A DNA stretch of 32,000 nt from Methanosarcinales archaeon Met12. Lineage in GTDB: Archaea > Halobacteriota > UBA148 > JAJOKI01. Location: positions 728,312 to 760,311 of the forward strand of contig CP017966.2 in NCBI GenBank assembly GCA_002813105.2. The letters run 5' to 3'. Positions 16,038-24,497 of this stretch are shown one piece after another. The first letter of the stretch is position 1; every line of letters begins with the position of its first letter. A program made the translations under genes and the position numbers. Below the pieces are notes generated by a model. That model had not been told where the DNA came from. It was given only the letters and a program-made list of their open reading frames with translations, and did no database searches.

Positions 16038-16849
16038 GCGTGGTCGTATCCGCACCGCCACACATCAAAGAAGGTGCATCAGCCAAAAAAATGGTGTGGG
16101 ACGTGATTATTGCGTTGCTTCCTGCAGTAGCAGCGTCGGTGCACTTTTTCGGGCTCCAGGCACTGACCATCATCTCGACAAGCGTATTGGCGGCGGTTTG
16201 TACAGATGGCATTATTCAAAAAATGCGTTTGAAAAAGGTGACCATTACAGATGGCAGCGCCGTGGTCACTGGATTGCTGTTAGCACTGCTTCTCCCATCG
16301 AATGTGCCGTTGTGGGTCCCCATCGTCGGAGCATTCGTCGCCGTGGCAATTGCAAAACACGCCTTCGGGGGTTACGGCTCCAATATATTCAATCCTGCGC
16401 TGGTAGGATGGGCATTTTTGACCATGGCATGGCCCATGCACATGGCAATGGATGTCGCAAGACTGGCGGATATACCGCCAGTTGTGTTGTTGGTCTGTGC
16501 GGTATTTTTATTTTTGTTGAACAGGGGATACATTAAGTGGCAAATCTCCGCAGCCTATCTGATAACCACTGTATCGCTGATGGCACTATTCACCATAGAT
16601 ATTTCCCGCATCTTCATCGGCATCTTCATACTTGGCGTATTCTTCATGGCCACCGACCCTGTGACGACCCCTGTAACTAAAAAAGGCAGGTTTGTTTTCG
16701 GGATCGGATGTGGGATATTGACGGTGATATACGGGTTATATGGCAGTTACGCTGAAGGTGTGGGTTACTCAATATTATTGATGAACTCTGTTACGCCATT
16801 GATAGATAGATTTACAAGGCCAAAGCCACTTCGGGAGGATAAACCATGA
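16034..16849 (+). CDS. rnfD: Rnf complex subunit D (short form)
   Basis: 271 aa. SAPPHIK, GGYGSNIFNPALVGWAF, FFMATDPVTTP and YSILLMNSVTPLID are RnfD/NqrB blocks. Confidence 0.85.
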   Translation: MSVVVSAPPHIKEGASAKKMVWDVIIALLPAVAASVHFFGLQALTIISTSVLAAVCTDGIIQKMRLKKVTITDGSAVVTGLLLALLLPSNVPLWVPIVGAFVAVAIAKHAFGGYGSNIFNPALVGWAFLTMAWPMHMAMDVARLADIPPVVLLVCAVFLFLLNRGYIKWQISAAYLITTVSLMALFTIDISRIFIGIFILGVFFMATDPVTTPVTKKGRFVFGIGCGILTVIYGLYGSYAEGVGYSILLMNSVTPLIDRFTRPKPLREDKP

Positions 16850-17367
16850 GGGAAGCAATGGGAACGATAGTGAGATTGACCCTCATCACAATGATAGCTG
16901 CAGGCGCATTAGGCATAACCCACGAAATAACGGAAATGCATATTGCAGTCAATAACGAACTTGAGATAATATTCTCAGAGCTTATGCCGGGAGCTGTCCA
17001 GTTTAGACCTGTGCTCGATATGGACAATGAAATAATTTATTTTAAGGCATACGACGATGGAGGAATGCTGATTGGATATGCCTTTGTTTCGAGTAGGGAG
17101 GGATATTCTGGTCCTATAAAAGTCGCTGGAGTGATTGATTTGAACTACCGGGTCGTTGCTACGACGATTATAAAACAGACTGAAAATCCAGGGCTTGGAG
17201 ATAGAATAACAGCGCCTCAGTTTCTGAATCAATTCGCCGGCATATCTGCAGAAGAATTGCACTTATCGCCATATGGCGAGATCGATGCCATTACGGGCGC
17301 CACCATATCCTCTCAGGCGGTTGTAGATGCCATAAGGGAAAAAATAATGGAAATCGAGAGGCGATGA
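16846..17367 (+). CDS. rnfG: Rnf complex subunit G (FMN-binding)
   Basis: 173 aa with an N-terminal TM helix. TENPGLG and the flavinylation motif DAITGATISS are present. Confidence 0.85.
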   Translation: MREAMGTIVRLTLITMIAAGALGITHEITEMHIAVNNELEIIFSELMPGAVQFRPVLDMDNEIIYFKAYDDGGMLIGYAFVSSREGYSGPIKVAGVIDLNYRVVATTIIKQTENPGLGDRITAPQFLNQFAGISAEELHLSPYGEIDAITGATISSQAVVDAIREKIMEIERR

Positions 17368-17368
17368 C

Positions 17369-17971
17369 ATGAGCGAAAAAAGCTACGCGCACGAATTCAA
17401 AAAGGGCATACTAAAAGACAATCCAGTTCTTTGTTTATTGCTTGGCTTGTGCCCGTCATTGGCAGTGTCCACCTCCATAGAGCTTGCGCTTGGTATGGGT
17501 GCCGCCGTTATTTTCGTGCTGACGGCGTCCAACCTCATCATCTCCCTATTGCGAAGGCAAATTCCTGTTGTAGTGAGGCTTCCGTCGTTCATCGTGGTCA
17601 TCGCCACCTTCGTCACCATTGTGGATATGACGATGTCGGCATTTCTGCCGCCACTGCACAGAGCACTGGGCATATATCTCCCACTGATCGTGGTGAATTG
17701 TATAGTCCTCGGCAGGGCAGAGGTATTTGCATCGAGGAACCCGCCAGCGCTGTCCACGATAGATGGTTTGGGGATGGGCGTGGGATTCACGCTTGCACTG
17801 ACGTTAATTGGAGGCATCAGAGAGTTGTTCGGCACGGGGGAGATATTTTTTATGGGACACACCCTCCTGCAGGTCAATATTGAGCCTGCCGTGCTCATGA
17901 TACTCGCACCAGGGGCATTCTTCGTGATTGGTTTGCTCCTCTGGTTGATCAATCTATTAAAAGACAGGTGA
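17369..17971 (+). CDS. rnfE: Rnf complex subunit E
   Basis: 200 aa polytopic protein. NPVLCLLLGLCPSLAVS and IYLPLIVVNCIVLGRAE are RnfE/NqrD signatures. Confidence 0.9.
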   Translation: MSEKSYAHEFKKGILKDNPVLCLLLGLCPSLAVSTSIELALGMGAAVIFVLTASNLIISLLRRQIPVVVRLPSFIVVIATFVTIVDMTMSAFLPPLHRALGIYLPLIVVNCIVLGRAEVFASRNPPALSTIDGLGMGVGFTLALTLIGGIRELFGTGEIFFMGHTLLQVNIEPAVLMILAPGAFFVIGLLLWLINLLKDR

Positions 17972-17977
17972 TTAAAA

Positions 17978-18556
17978 ATGGAGAACATACTCGCTATAAT
18001 ACTGGGTGCAATTTTTATTAACAATTTTGTTTTGACCAAATTCCTTGGATTGTGCCCTCTTTTTGGGGTGAGCAAGGATACCAAAAGCGCTGTGGGAATG
18101 TCGCTCGCGGTCATCTTCGTCATGACGCTTGCCACAGCGGCTACATGGCTCATTTATACCTATATGTTGACTCCATTGAACATCAGATTCCTACAAACGA
18201 TATCCTTCATCCTGATAATCGCCACATTGGTTCAGTTGATTGAACTCATCATCAGGAAACACAGTCCACCATTGTACCGGTCGTTGGGGATATATCTACC
18301 CTTAATAACGACCAACTGCGCAGTATTGGGGGCTGTACTGCTAAACATCAGAGGAGGGTATTCCTTCGTTGAAGGTATCGTGTTCGGCACCAGTTCCGGT
18401 GTTGGATTTGGCATGGTACTACTGATTATGTCGGGAATACGGGAGAGGCTGGAGCTATCCGATGTTCCTAAATCTTTAGAAGGCGTGCCCCTCGCGTTTA
18501 TCACCGTCGGGATACTGTCCATCATATTCGTGAGCTTTTTCGGGGGTCTATTATGA
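17978..18556 (+). CDS. rnfA: Rnf complex subunit A
   Basis: 192 aa polytopic protein. NNFVLTKFLGLCPLFGVS and IYLPLITTNCAVLG are RnfA/NqrE signatures. Confidence 0.9.
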   Translation: MENILAIILGAIFINNFVLTKFLGLCPLFGVSKDTKSAVGMSLAVIFVMTLATAATWLIYTYMLTPLNIRFLQTISFILIIATLVQLIELIIRKHSPPLYRSLGIYLPLITTNCAVLGAVLLNIRGGYSFVEGIVFGTSSGVGFGMVLLIMSGIRERLELSDVPKSLEGVPLAFITVGILSIIFVSFFGGLL

Positions 18557-19350
18557 TGAGCGGATTGATAATAAACGCGATAATCGCATTGAGTGTGTTG
18601 GGGATTATATGTAGTGCTGTTTTAGTATGGGCTGCTAAGAAATTCGCGGTTATGACGGACCCACGGGTGGAAAAAGTATTGGAGGTCCTGCCAGGTATAA
18701 ACTGCGGCGCCTGTGGATTCCCATCATGTTATGATTATGCAGAGCAAGCGGTCAGTGGAAAGGCCGCGGTTGGTCTCTGCACCCCTGGTGGGGAAGAGGT
18801 GGCAGAGAAAATGGGAAACATCCTTGGAGTATCCATAGGGGAAATGGGGAGAAGGGTTGCACTTCTTCAATGCGCTGGCGGCATAAGGTCTGACGATAAA
18901 TTTCAGTATGATGGTGTGAAGAGCTGCAGGGCCGCTGCGTTAATAAAAGGGGGCGGAAAAGCCTGTGCATATAATTGTTTAGGATACGGTGACTGTGCAA
19001 ATGTGTGCCCTGTCGATGCGATTACAATCGGCGAGGATGGCCTGCCCATGATAGATGAACAAGTGTGTGTTGGATGTGATTTGTGCGTCGACGTGTGCCC
19101 AAAAGACATTTTGACGGTGATTAGCAGGGATAAACAAACTCATGTACTGTGTTCGTCGCGCGACAAGGGGGAGTACGTAAGGAGTATTTGTGAAGTGGGT
19201 TGTATCGGATGTGGCATTTGCGTAAAGGTATGTCCTTTCAAGGCAATAACGATTAAAGACAATCTGGCCGTAATCGATTCAGAGTTATGCACTGATTGCG
19301 GCATATGTGTTGAGAAATGTCCCCAGAAATGTATCAAATCGAGGGTATAA
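18553..19350 (+). CDS. rnfB: Rnf complex subunit B (polyferredoxin)
   Basis: 265 aa with an N-terminal TM helix. It has LPGINCGACGFPSCYDYA plus several CxxCxxCxxxCP clusters. Confidence 0.9.
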   Translation: MMSGLIINAIIALSVLGIICSAVLVWAAKKFAVMTDPRVEKVLEVLPGINCGACGFPSCYDYAEQAVSGKAAVGLCTPGGEEVAEKMGNILGVSIGEMGRRVALLQCAGGIRSDDKFQYDGVKSCRAAALIKGGGKACAYNCLGYGDCANVCPVDAITIGEDGLPMIDEQVCVGCDLCVDVCPKDILTVISRDKQTHVLCSSRDKGEYVRSICEVGCIGCGICVKVCPFKAITIKDNLAVIDSELCTDCGICVEKCPQKCIKSRV

Positions 19351-19355
19351 TAGCT

Positions 19356-20303
19356 ATGAAATCGATTAGTAGAAGGCAGTTTATAAAGGGAGGTGTTGCC
19401 ATTGCAATGACGTTTTTAATGGGCAGCAAGCTCCGACTGTATGGAATTGGCGAGGAATCGCCGCACGTAATAGAGGGCACGCGCAACATAATGGGTACAT
19501 CTGTGGCGGCAAGCATAATACATCATGATGTGGATGTGGCGAAAGAGGCGATGGCCCTTGCCTTCAACGAAATGTATAAAATCGATGACCTGATGAGCGT
19601 CTACAGGGCAAACAGCGAGGTTAGAAGCCTTAACGAAAGTGGGTTTTATGAGGGTGCGAGCGCTGACACCATACGGGTCATCGAGAGGGCGAATCATTAC
19701 TCCAGGCTGAGTGGCGGCGCATTTGCCATCACTGTTTTGCCCATCATGACAGGTATTCGATTTACCAGAAGCACGTTGGAACTGGCCAATTACGAGAACC
19801 TTCTCATCGGGAATGGTAACATCGGGTTCAAAAAGGCAGGTATGGGCATAACGTTGGGAGGAATTGCGAAAGGATACGCCGTGGATAGGGCGATCGAGGT
19901 TTTAAGGCAGAACGGTATAGAACGCGCCCTGATAAATGCGGGCGGCGACATCAGGACCATCGGCGGCAGGACCGCAGAAGTGCCATGGAGAATTGCCTTA
20001 CGAGACCCAGACAACAGGAAGGAGCGCGTCACCGTCATCGAGCTTTGCGATAAAGCAATTGCGACCAGCGGAAACTATGAGAGATTCCATATCGTGAACG
20101 CCAGGACAGGGTGCGTTGCCCAAGAAATGATGAGCGCAACCGTGATTGCTGAAAATGCGATGGATGCTGATGCGCTGTCCACCACCATATTTTTGCTTGG
20201 AGTGGAAAAGGGCATGGAACTGGTGGAGAGGCTGAGTGGTGTAGAGGCGCTGGTGATAACGAACGATAGAAGAATATTGAGGTCAAGCGGGTTTCAGTAT
20301 TGA
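19356..20303 (+). CDS. apbE: FAD:protein FMN transferase (ApbE family) with twin-arginine signal
   Basis: MKSISRRQFIKGGVAIAM is a Tat-type signal, and GGIAKGYAVDRA is the ApbE block. The start is chosen at Met14 of the ORF (19356), just after the rnfB stop at 19350. Confidence 0.85.
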   Translation: MKSISRRQFIKGGVAIAMTFLMGSKLRLYGIGEESPHVIEGTRNIMGTSVAASIIHHDVDVAKEAMALAFNEMYKIDDLMSVYRANSEVRSLNESGFYEGASADTIRVIERANHYSRLSGGAFAITVLPIMTGIRFTRSTLELANYENLLIGNGNIGFKKAGMGITLGGIAKGYAVDRAIEVLRQNGIERALINAGGDIRTIGGRTAEVPWRIALRDPDNRKERVTVIELCDKAIATSGNYERFHIVNARTGCVAQEMMSATVIAENAMDADALSTTIFLLGVEKGMELVERLSGVEALVITNDRRILRSSGFQY

Positions 20304-20321
20304 TAAACCTGAAAATGACCA

Positions 20322-20462
20322 ATGTCATGGCGGAGACATGCTAGAATGGAAGCCAGAGAAGGAGCGGATTATAGATATGAATACTCTGCAGAGATCGCGA
20401 AGGACATTATAGAGACAGCAGAGAAATTTATAGGAAGGATGAAGGTTTTCAAGATGTCCTGA
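20322..20462 (+). pseudogene. internally deleted HEPN-domain remnant
   Basis: The 46-aa ORF MSWRRHARMEAREGADYRYEYSAEIAKDIIETAEKFIGRMKVFKMS resembles the extreme N-terminus (MSW, as in the intact HEPN gene at 21781) joined to the C-terminal ..RY....Y..eeA......Ae.Fi helix of HEPN proteins. No nucleotidyltransferase partner is present. Confidence 0.3.
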
Positions 20463-20463
20463 T

Positions 20464-20548
20464 AACGTTTAATCGCTGGACGAATAGAATACGATGAAGA
20501 GCGAAACTATCCAATGATGTTTGTGGAAGGATGATGTGAAAAAGGATT
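20464..20548. repeat. junction repeat, diverged copy D
   Basis: AACGTTTAATCGC...GATGAAGAGCGAAAC...AAGGATGATGTGAAAAAGG resembles the AAAACGTTTAAWGCC / GGATGATGGGCAAAAGAGCG parts of copies A-C. Confidence 0.35.
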
Positions 20549-20573
20549 AGAGAGATAAAAAGTTTAAATATTG

Positions 20574-20587
20574 TATACTATAGTATA
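20574..20587. promoter_or_regulatory. perfect 14-bp palindrome (putative RHH antitoxin operator) downstream of a TATA box
   Basis: TATACTATAGTATA starts 4 nt after TTTAAATA (20563-20570) and ends 18 nt upstream of the antitoxin ATG at 20606. Confidence 0.4.
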
Positions 20588-20605
20588 AACTATGAGGAGA
20601 TAATC

Positions 20606-20800
20606 ATGGAAGCAATTCCCGCCAAACTAACGCATAAGTTGATCATAGAATTGGATGAACTGGTCAAGGACGGCTGGTATTCCAATAGAAGTGAAGCCAT
20701 AAGAGATGCCGTTCGCAAGTTAATTGAAAAGAGGAAATTGGAGATCCTGGAAGAGGCTATCGAAGAGGATATTAGATGGGGTTTGTATGGCAAGGACTAA
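20606..20800 (+). CDS. ribbon-helix-helix (CopG-like) antitoxin
   Basis: 64 aa. LDELVKDGWYSNRSEAIRDAVRKLI is a classic RHH motif. The gene overlaps the downstream toxin gene by 14 nt. Confidence 0.75.
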   Translation: MEAIPAKLTHKLIIELDELVKDGWYSNRSEAIRDAVRKLIEKRKLEILEEAIEEDIRWGLYGKD

Positions 20801-21278
20801 GGCGGTTTCTGATACTGGTCCAATCATCCATTTGAATGAGATCGACTGTTTAGATGTCCTAAAGCTTTTCGATGTGGTCATACCTCTGGAAGTGGAAAGT
20901 GAAGTTAAGAATATGGGAATACTCTTCAAAGTAAAAACTCAAAGGCTTACGAAAAAAGAAAAGAACAGGGCAGCCATGTTAGTCAGAAAGTATGGTATAG
21001 ATTTGGGAGAAGCGACAGCTATTGCCTTGGCTGAGCATAGTGGAATAAAACTGTTTTTCACCGATGATTTAGATGCCAGACTTGTAGCCGACCGATTTAA
21101 TTTAGAGCCCCATGGTTCAGTAGGTATCCTTTTGAGAGCGTTCAGAGAGGGAATTTTAACGAAGGAAGAAGTTGAGAAAAAGGTAACAGAATTGGAAACG
21201 GGAAGCTCTCTGTTTATCACCCATGATCTTGTTAGGGAGACTATCAGAGAAATTGAAAGATATGAAAAATTGGAATAA
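20787..21278 (+). CDS. PIN-like nucleic-acid-binding toxin (DUF3368 / COG2405 type)
   Basis: MARTKAVSDTGPIIHLNEIDCLDVL...FFTDDLDARLVADRFNLEPHGSVGILLRA matches the DUF3368 pattern. ATG 20787 is preferred over the longer ORF starting at 20724. Confidence 0.75.
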   Translation: MARTKAVSDTGPIIHLNEIDCLDVLKLFDVVIPLEVESEVKNMGILFKVKTQRLTKKEKNRAAMLVRKYGIDLGEATAIALAEHSGIKLFFTDDLDARLVADRFNLEPHGSVGILLRAFREGILTKEEVEKKVTELETGSSLFITHDLVRETIREIERYEKLE

Positions 21279-21287
21279 ACCAATCAG

Positions 21288-21360
21288 AAAACGTTTAAAG
21301 CCTAAAAACGATAAGGTCATGGTAAGATGATGAGCAAGACGAGCTAAGTTGATCGTTGAG
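21288..21360. repeat. junction repeat, copy A
   Basis: AAAACGTTTAAAGCCTAAAAACGATAAGGTCATGGTAAGATGATGAGCAAGACGAGCTAAGTTGATCGTTGAG begins 10 nt after the toxin stop. Its 3' core overlaps the stop of the minus-strand HEPN gene. Confidence 0.7.
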
Positions 21361-21781
21361 ATAGATTCATACTATTATATCTTGTTCGTAACTGATTGAT
21401 GAGTGAAAAGATCTCAGCTATAAATTCCTTTCCTGTTTTTACATCAAGCGTCTTTCCATAATAATTGATCTTGTTTCTTATCTTCCTGAATTTATCAAAT
21501 TTTTCAGAAAGCGTTTCCATACCCATATAATCCTCGAGGAAATATGTCACGCATTTATGGGAATATACCTTGAATCCCTCTGATGTTATGATGGCCTGAA
21601 CGACCTCTAGTAGTGCCTGATATGCTTCACTTACTAAAATTGCAGAATTTTCTTCTGTCAATCGGATATTCTCGATAAATTTGATCCTGGCGTCTGCCAT
21701 GCCTTGTAGTGATTTCGCTCTTTGCTTGTCCACAAATGAGTGTCTGGCATCACCGGACTCCAAACAATCCTGCCAACTCAC
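21344..21781 (-). CDS. HEPN-domain toxin partner of the upstream nucleotidyltransferase
   Basis: 145 aa, all-helical, with FRKIRNKINYYG (R-x4-like HEPN motif region). It has a 4-nt overlap with the MNT gene. Confidence 0.7.
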   Translation of the reverse strand: MSWQDCLESGDARHSFVDKQRAKSLQGMADARIKFIENIRLTEENSAILVSEAYQALLEVVQAIITSEGFKVYSHKCVTYFLEDYMGMETLSEKFDKFRKIRNKINYYGKTLDVKTGKEFIAEIFSLINQLRTRYNSMNLSQRST

Positions 21782-22314
21782 CTAAACACCTCTAACTGAC
21801 CTGAAATTACGATGCCATTCAATATGTTGTTCACCAATTCTGGGCTTTGCTTTTTTACTCTTTCAAACCCCTCTTTATCCATGACCAATTGCTGTATGCT
21901 TCTATTCATTTTTTTTTCAAAATCAGAAACATCCACTTCTTTTTTCTTTTCCGTTAGCACGAAGATGTCAACATCGCTTTTTTTCATGTCTTTTCCCCTG
22001 GCAGCAGAACCAAAGAGGATTATCGTCGGATATAGAAATTCCTCTTCTAAAAAAGAAATGAATCCCGTATCTTTGAGGCGTTGGATCATGTGAGATATCT
22101 TATAATCCCTGAATTTTTCTGACTCTTGGTCCCCCCGATATAGTAGATAGCCTCTTTCCTTTTTTTCCAATAAGAACTTCTCTGCCACCAATTCAGTTAA
22201 ATATTTCTTTGCAGTCCTAGGAGATATGTCCAATAACCTTGCAATTTCTCTAAGATGGAACCATTGACCTGGATCTTCAATGAATATTTCAAGTATGTTT
22301 AGTTTTTTACACAC
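21778..22314 (-). CDS. winged-helix + minimal nucleotidyltransferase (MNT) antitoxin
   Basis: 178 aa. FHLREIARLLDISPRTAKKYLTELV is an HTH, and LFGSAARGKDMKKSDVDIFV is the GSxxRG..SDxD NTase motif. The start codon is GTG. Confidence 0.85.
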   Translation of the reverse strand: MCKKLNILEIFIEDPGQWFHLREIARLLDISPRTAKKYLTELVAEKFLLEKKERGYLLYRGDQESEKFRDYKISHMIQRLKDTGFISFLEEEFLYPTIILFGSAARGKDMKKSDVDIFVLTEKKKEVDVSDFEKKMNRSIQQLVMDKEGFERVKKQSPELVNNILNGIVISGQLEVFR

Positions 22315-22316
22315 AC

Positions 22317-22332
22317 GTTTACTTTTGTAAAC
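22317..22332. promoter_or_regulatory. palindrome between the TATA box and start of the wHTH-MNT gene (putative auto-operator)
   Basis: GTTTAC-TTTT-GTAAAC lies immediately upstream of the GTG start. On the minus strand it is preceded by AATATTTAAAC. Confidence 0.35.
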
Positions 22333-22550
22333 ACCTGTTTAAATATTTTTCTCTGTATTTTCACATAAGCAACCCATCAGAAGTTTAGGAAAAAAGAGTG
22401 ATAAAATATGGTGAAATGGTGCCTTACACAATAACTTACAATTTACACGTTTCAAAAAGCAAGAAATGGCTAACGCTGAAAATAGATAGCACCATCATGA
22501 ATTTTGTCGATAACTTTAAATAATGCCGCTCTTACTATTAATTGTCGGTG

Positions 22551-22805
22551 ATGACTATGGCAACCACAAAGATCAGAGCGGACTGGAGGGTGACGATCCC
22601 GTCTTCTATCAGAGATAAATTTGGGCTGACGATCGGTAAAGAAGTGATATTTGTGGATGAAGACGACAGGCTCGTTCTGGTTTCAGTCAAGGAATATGAA
22701 AATCCCACAAAGGCACTGGAAGGAAGCGTGAAAGGAGTCATAGATCATCCGAAACAATTCGCTAGGAGCCACATCAGGTCTAAGCTATTGAGGGAGCACG
22801 AATGA
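22551..22805 (+). CDS. vapB: AbrB/SpoVT-family antitoxin
   Basis: TKIRADWRVTIPSSIRDKFGLTIGKEVIF is the AbrB swapped-hairpin motif. It has a 4-nt overlap with the PIN gene. The start is ambiguous (22542, 22551 or 22557). Confidence 0.75.
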   Translation: MTMATTKIRADWRVTIPSSIRDKFGLTIGKEVIFVDEDDRLVLVSVKEYENPTKALEGSVKGVIDHPKQFARSHIRSKLLREHE

Positions 22806-23200
22806 GGTTTGTTGACACCAACGTCTTCATCTATCACATTACTGCTCACAAAAAATTTGGCGGAGTTGCAAAGAAAATACTCCAGAGGATAGAGGACGGC
22901 GAGCAGGCGATAACATCGATGGTGGTCTTGCAAGAAGTCGCATGGGTATTAGAGGCGATGGGTGAGCAAAACAAGATAAAAGAAACCCTAGAAAGAATCT
23001 TCTCTTATAAAACGTTGGGAGTCAAGGGAATTGATGAGAAAAATTTGATCCAAGGCTGCTATTACATGAACAGCTATCGTGTCGATTTCAATGATGGAGT
23101 GAATATCTCAGTGATGAGAGCCCATGACGTTAGCGAGGTATATTCGAACGACCAAAAACATCTCGGAAAAGTTGAATTTCTAGACCTGGTCTTTGAGTAG
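22802..23200 (+). CDS. vapC: PIN-domain ribonuclease toxin
   Basis: 132 aa. MRFVDTNVFIY, LQEV and the C-terminal SND acidic positions fit a VapC PIN domain. Confidence 0.85.
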   Translation: MRFVDTNVFIYHITAHKKFGGVAKKILQRIEDGEQAITSMVVLQEVAWVLEAMGEQNKIKETLERIFSYKTLGVKGIDEKNLIQGCYYMNSYRVDFNDGVNISVMRAHDVSEVYSNDQKHLGKVEFLDLVFE

Positions 23201-23233
23201 CTTGGGGGGCTTACAAAATTGAGCTCTAGAAGA

Positions 23234-23401
23234 ATGGACAAAAGAAGGACTAAGTTGGCCGTTGGATTAGCATTATTCTTGGTGTTAAGTTCACTTTCTT
23301 ATGGAGCCACCTCTACAGAACAAATCACAACAATCCTGAATCCCGAGAAATACCCAAGTCTCAGAGAGATGGACAAGTTTGTCCTTAACTCAACAATTTA
23401 A
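23234..23401 (+). CDS. small signal-peptide ORF (possibly a 5' gene fragment); its first ~33 nt are junction-repeat copy F
   Basis: The product MDKRRTKLAVGLALFLVLSSLSYGATSTEQ... has a basic n-region and a hydrophobic h-region. ATGGACAAAAGAAGGACTAAGTTGGCCGTTGGA aligns to the ATG...AAAAGAGC...CTAAGTTGATYGTTG core of repeats A-C. Confidence 0.3.
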   Translation: MDKRRTKLAVGLALFLVLSSLSYGATSTEQITTILNPEKYPSLREMDKFVLNSTI

Positions 23402-23438
23402 GTAATAAAACACACTTAGAACATAGGAAGGTGGAAAA

Positions 23439-23651
23439 ATGAAGGTTGAGATAGAGGAGATACAAGGATTAAAAACGAAAGTTGAATCCCTAGAGGCAGA
23501 GGTCTTGGTTATGCGGAGGACATTGGGCGTCAAAACAGAAAAAAAAGATGAAAAAGCCTGGAAGGAGCTTGAGAAACTTGGAAAAAGCATTAGTAAAGGT
23601 TGGACGAGTAAAAAGCCGAGTTGGAAACTAATTTCCGAATCAAGGAGATAG
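23439..23651 (+). CDS. putative antitoxin (coiled-coil, VapB-like)
   Basis: 70 aa, Lys/Glu-rich and helical. It ends 1 nt before the PIN gene, and GGAAGGTGG lies upstream of the ATG. Confidence 0.55.
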   Translation: MKVEIEEIQGLKTKVESLEAEVLVMRRTLGVKTEKKDEKAWKELEKLGKSISKGWTSKKPSWKLISESRR

Positions 23652-23652
23652 G

Positions 23653-24075
23653 ATGTATTGCATCGATGCAAGTGTGATGGTGAATTCATTTATCGAAGGG
23701 GAGAAATTCCACGAATTTAGTAAGAGATTGATGGAAAAGATCAGGATGGACGAAAGAATGGTCGTCGTTCCTGAGATTGTTTTACCAGAAGTTGCATCTG
23801 CCGTGTCCAGAGGTACCAATAACCCCAAAATATCTCTGAAATTTGTTACCGAATTGAGAGAAGTACCCAACTTCATATTCATTCCCATCGACGCTGAGCT
23901 CTCTAATCTATCATGTAAATTTGCTGCTGAAAACAAGCTAAGAGGCTGTGATGCCATCTATGTGGCGGTTAGCTGCATGTTCAAATCTAAACTAATAACC
24001 TTGGATGAGGAGCAGAAGGAAAGAGCTTCTAATGTCATTGAAGCTTTAACACCTAGGGAAGAATTAGAGTTATAA
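23653..24075 (+). CDS. vapC: PIN-domain ribonuclease toxin
   Basis: 140 aa. MYCIDASV, VVPEIVLPEV, GCDAIYVA and LITLDE are PIN acidic-residue blocks. Confidence 0.85.
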   Translation: MYCIDASVMVNSFIEGEKFHEFSKRLMEKIRMDERMVVVPEIVLPEVASAVSRGTNNPKISLKFVTELREVPNFIFIPIDAELSNLSCKFAAENKLRGCDAIYVAVSCMFKSKLITLDEEQKERASNVIEALTPREELEL

Positions 24076-24177
24076 AAACTTTAACCACTCTATAGTCATA
24101 AAAGACAGGGAGAGAAAAAAATGGTTTGGGTGAAAGATGACTAAAAGAGCAAATGGAAGGGTTAAGTTGATCGTTGG
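24073..24177. repeat. junction repeat, copy B (with internal insertion)
   Basis: TAAAAACTTTAACC...TAGTCATAAAAG...GATGACTAAAAGAGCAAATGGAAGGGTTAAGTTGATCGTTGGG starts at the toxin stop codon. Confidence 0.65.
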
Positions 24178-24230
24178 GCAGTACCGAAAGTTTTAATATT
24201 CTACAAGTAGAGAATTCTACCAGTGGTAAA

Positions 24231-24497
24231 ATGCAAGAATTGAAAAGCGTTAAAATGAAGTCGGCTGAGCTGAGTGAAATAAAAAAGATCCATGCTCATC
24301 TAAAGTCTGAGGGAGTGAACATCCCGCTATATGAGCTGATCTCTAAGTCGGTGAAATACATGATCGCCAACTTTCCTGAGTTCGAGGAGATGATGTTATC
24401 GAAAAAGAGCGTCTGGGACATAGTAACTCCGGTTAAAGGCATGGGTAAGGTCAAGTCAACGAAAGTTGATGAAGAACTCTACGGTAGATCGGCATGA
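24231..24497 (+). CDS. putative antitoxin of unknown family
   Basis: About 88 aa from ATG 24231 (the ORF is open from 24174). It has an ATGA overlap with the PIN gene. No family was recognised by eye. Confidence 0.5.
   Translation: MQELKSVKMKSAELSEIKKIHAHLKSEGVNIPLYELISKSVKYMIANFPEFEEMMLSKKSVWDIVTPVKGMGKVKSTKVDEELYGRSA

Noticed and set aside
17383-18153. 256-aa minus-strand ORF, with similar long antisense ORFs at 10357-11073, 13531-14214, 5773-6276, 2959-3411 and 12381-12836.
   Set aside because: All lie antisense to genes with strong family signatures (rnfE/rnfA, cobD, cobS/cobY, the permease, cobT, cbiZ). They have Ser/Pro/Thr-rich low-complexity products and lack plausible starts. They are shadow ORFs.
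20724-20786. Longer N-terminal extensions of toxin ORFs (20724 for the DUF3368 gene, 25923 for the last PIN gene, 24174 for an antitoxin, 25326 for THEP1, 19317 for apbE, 29383 for the zinc-finger gene).
   Set aside because: The extensions overlap upstream genes, start at non-ATG codons, or add residues absent from the family N-termini. Internal ATGs with upstream purine-rich RBS-like sequence or a 4-14 nt coupling overlap fit better.
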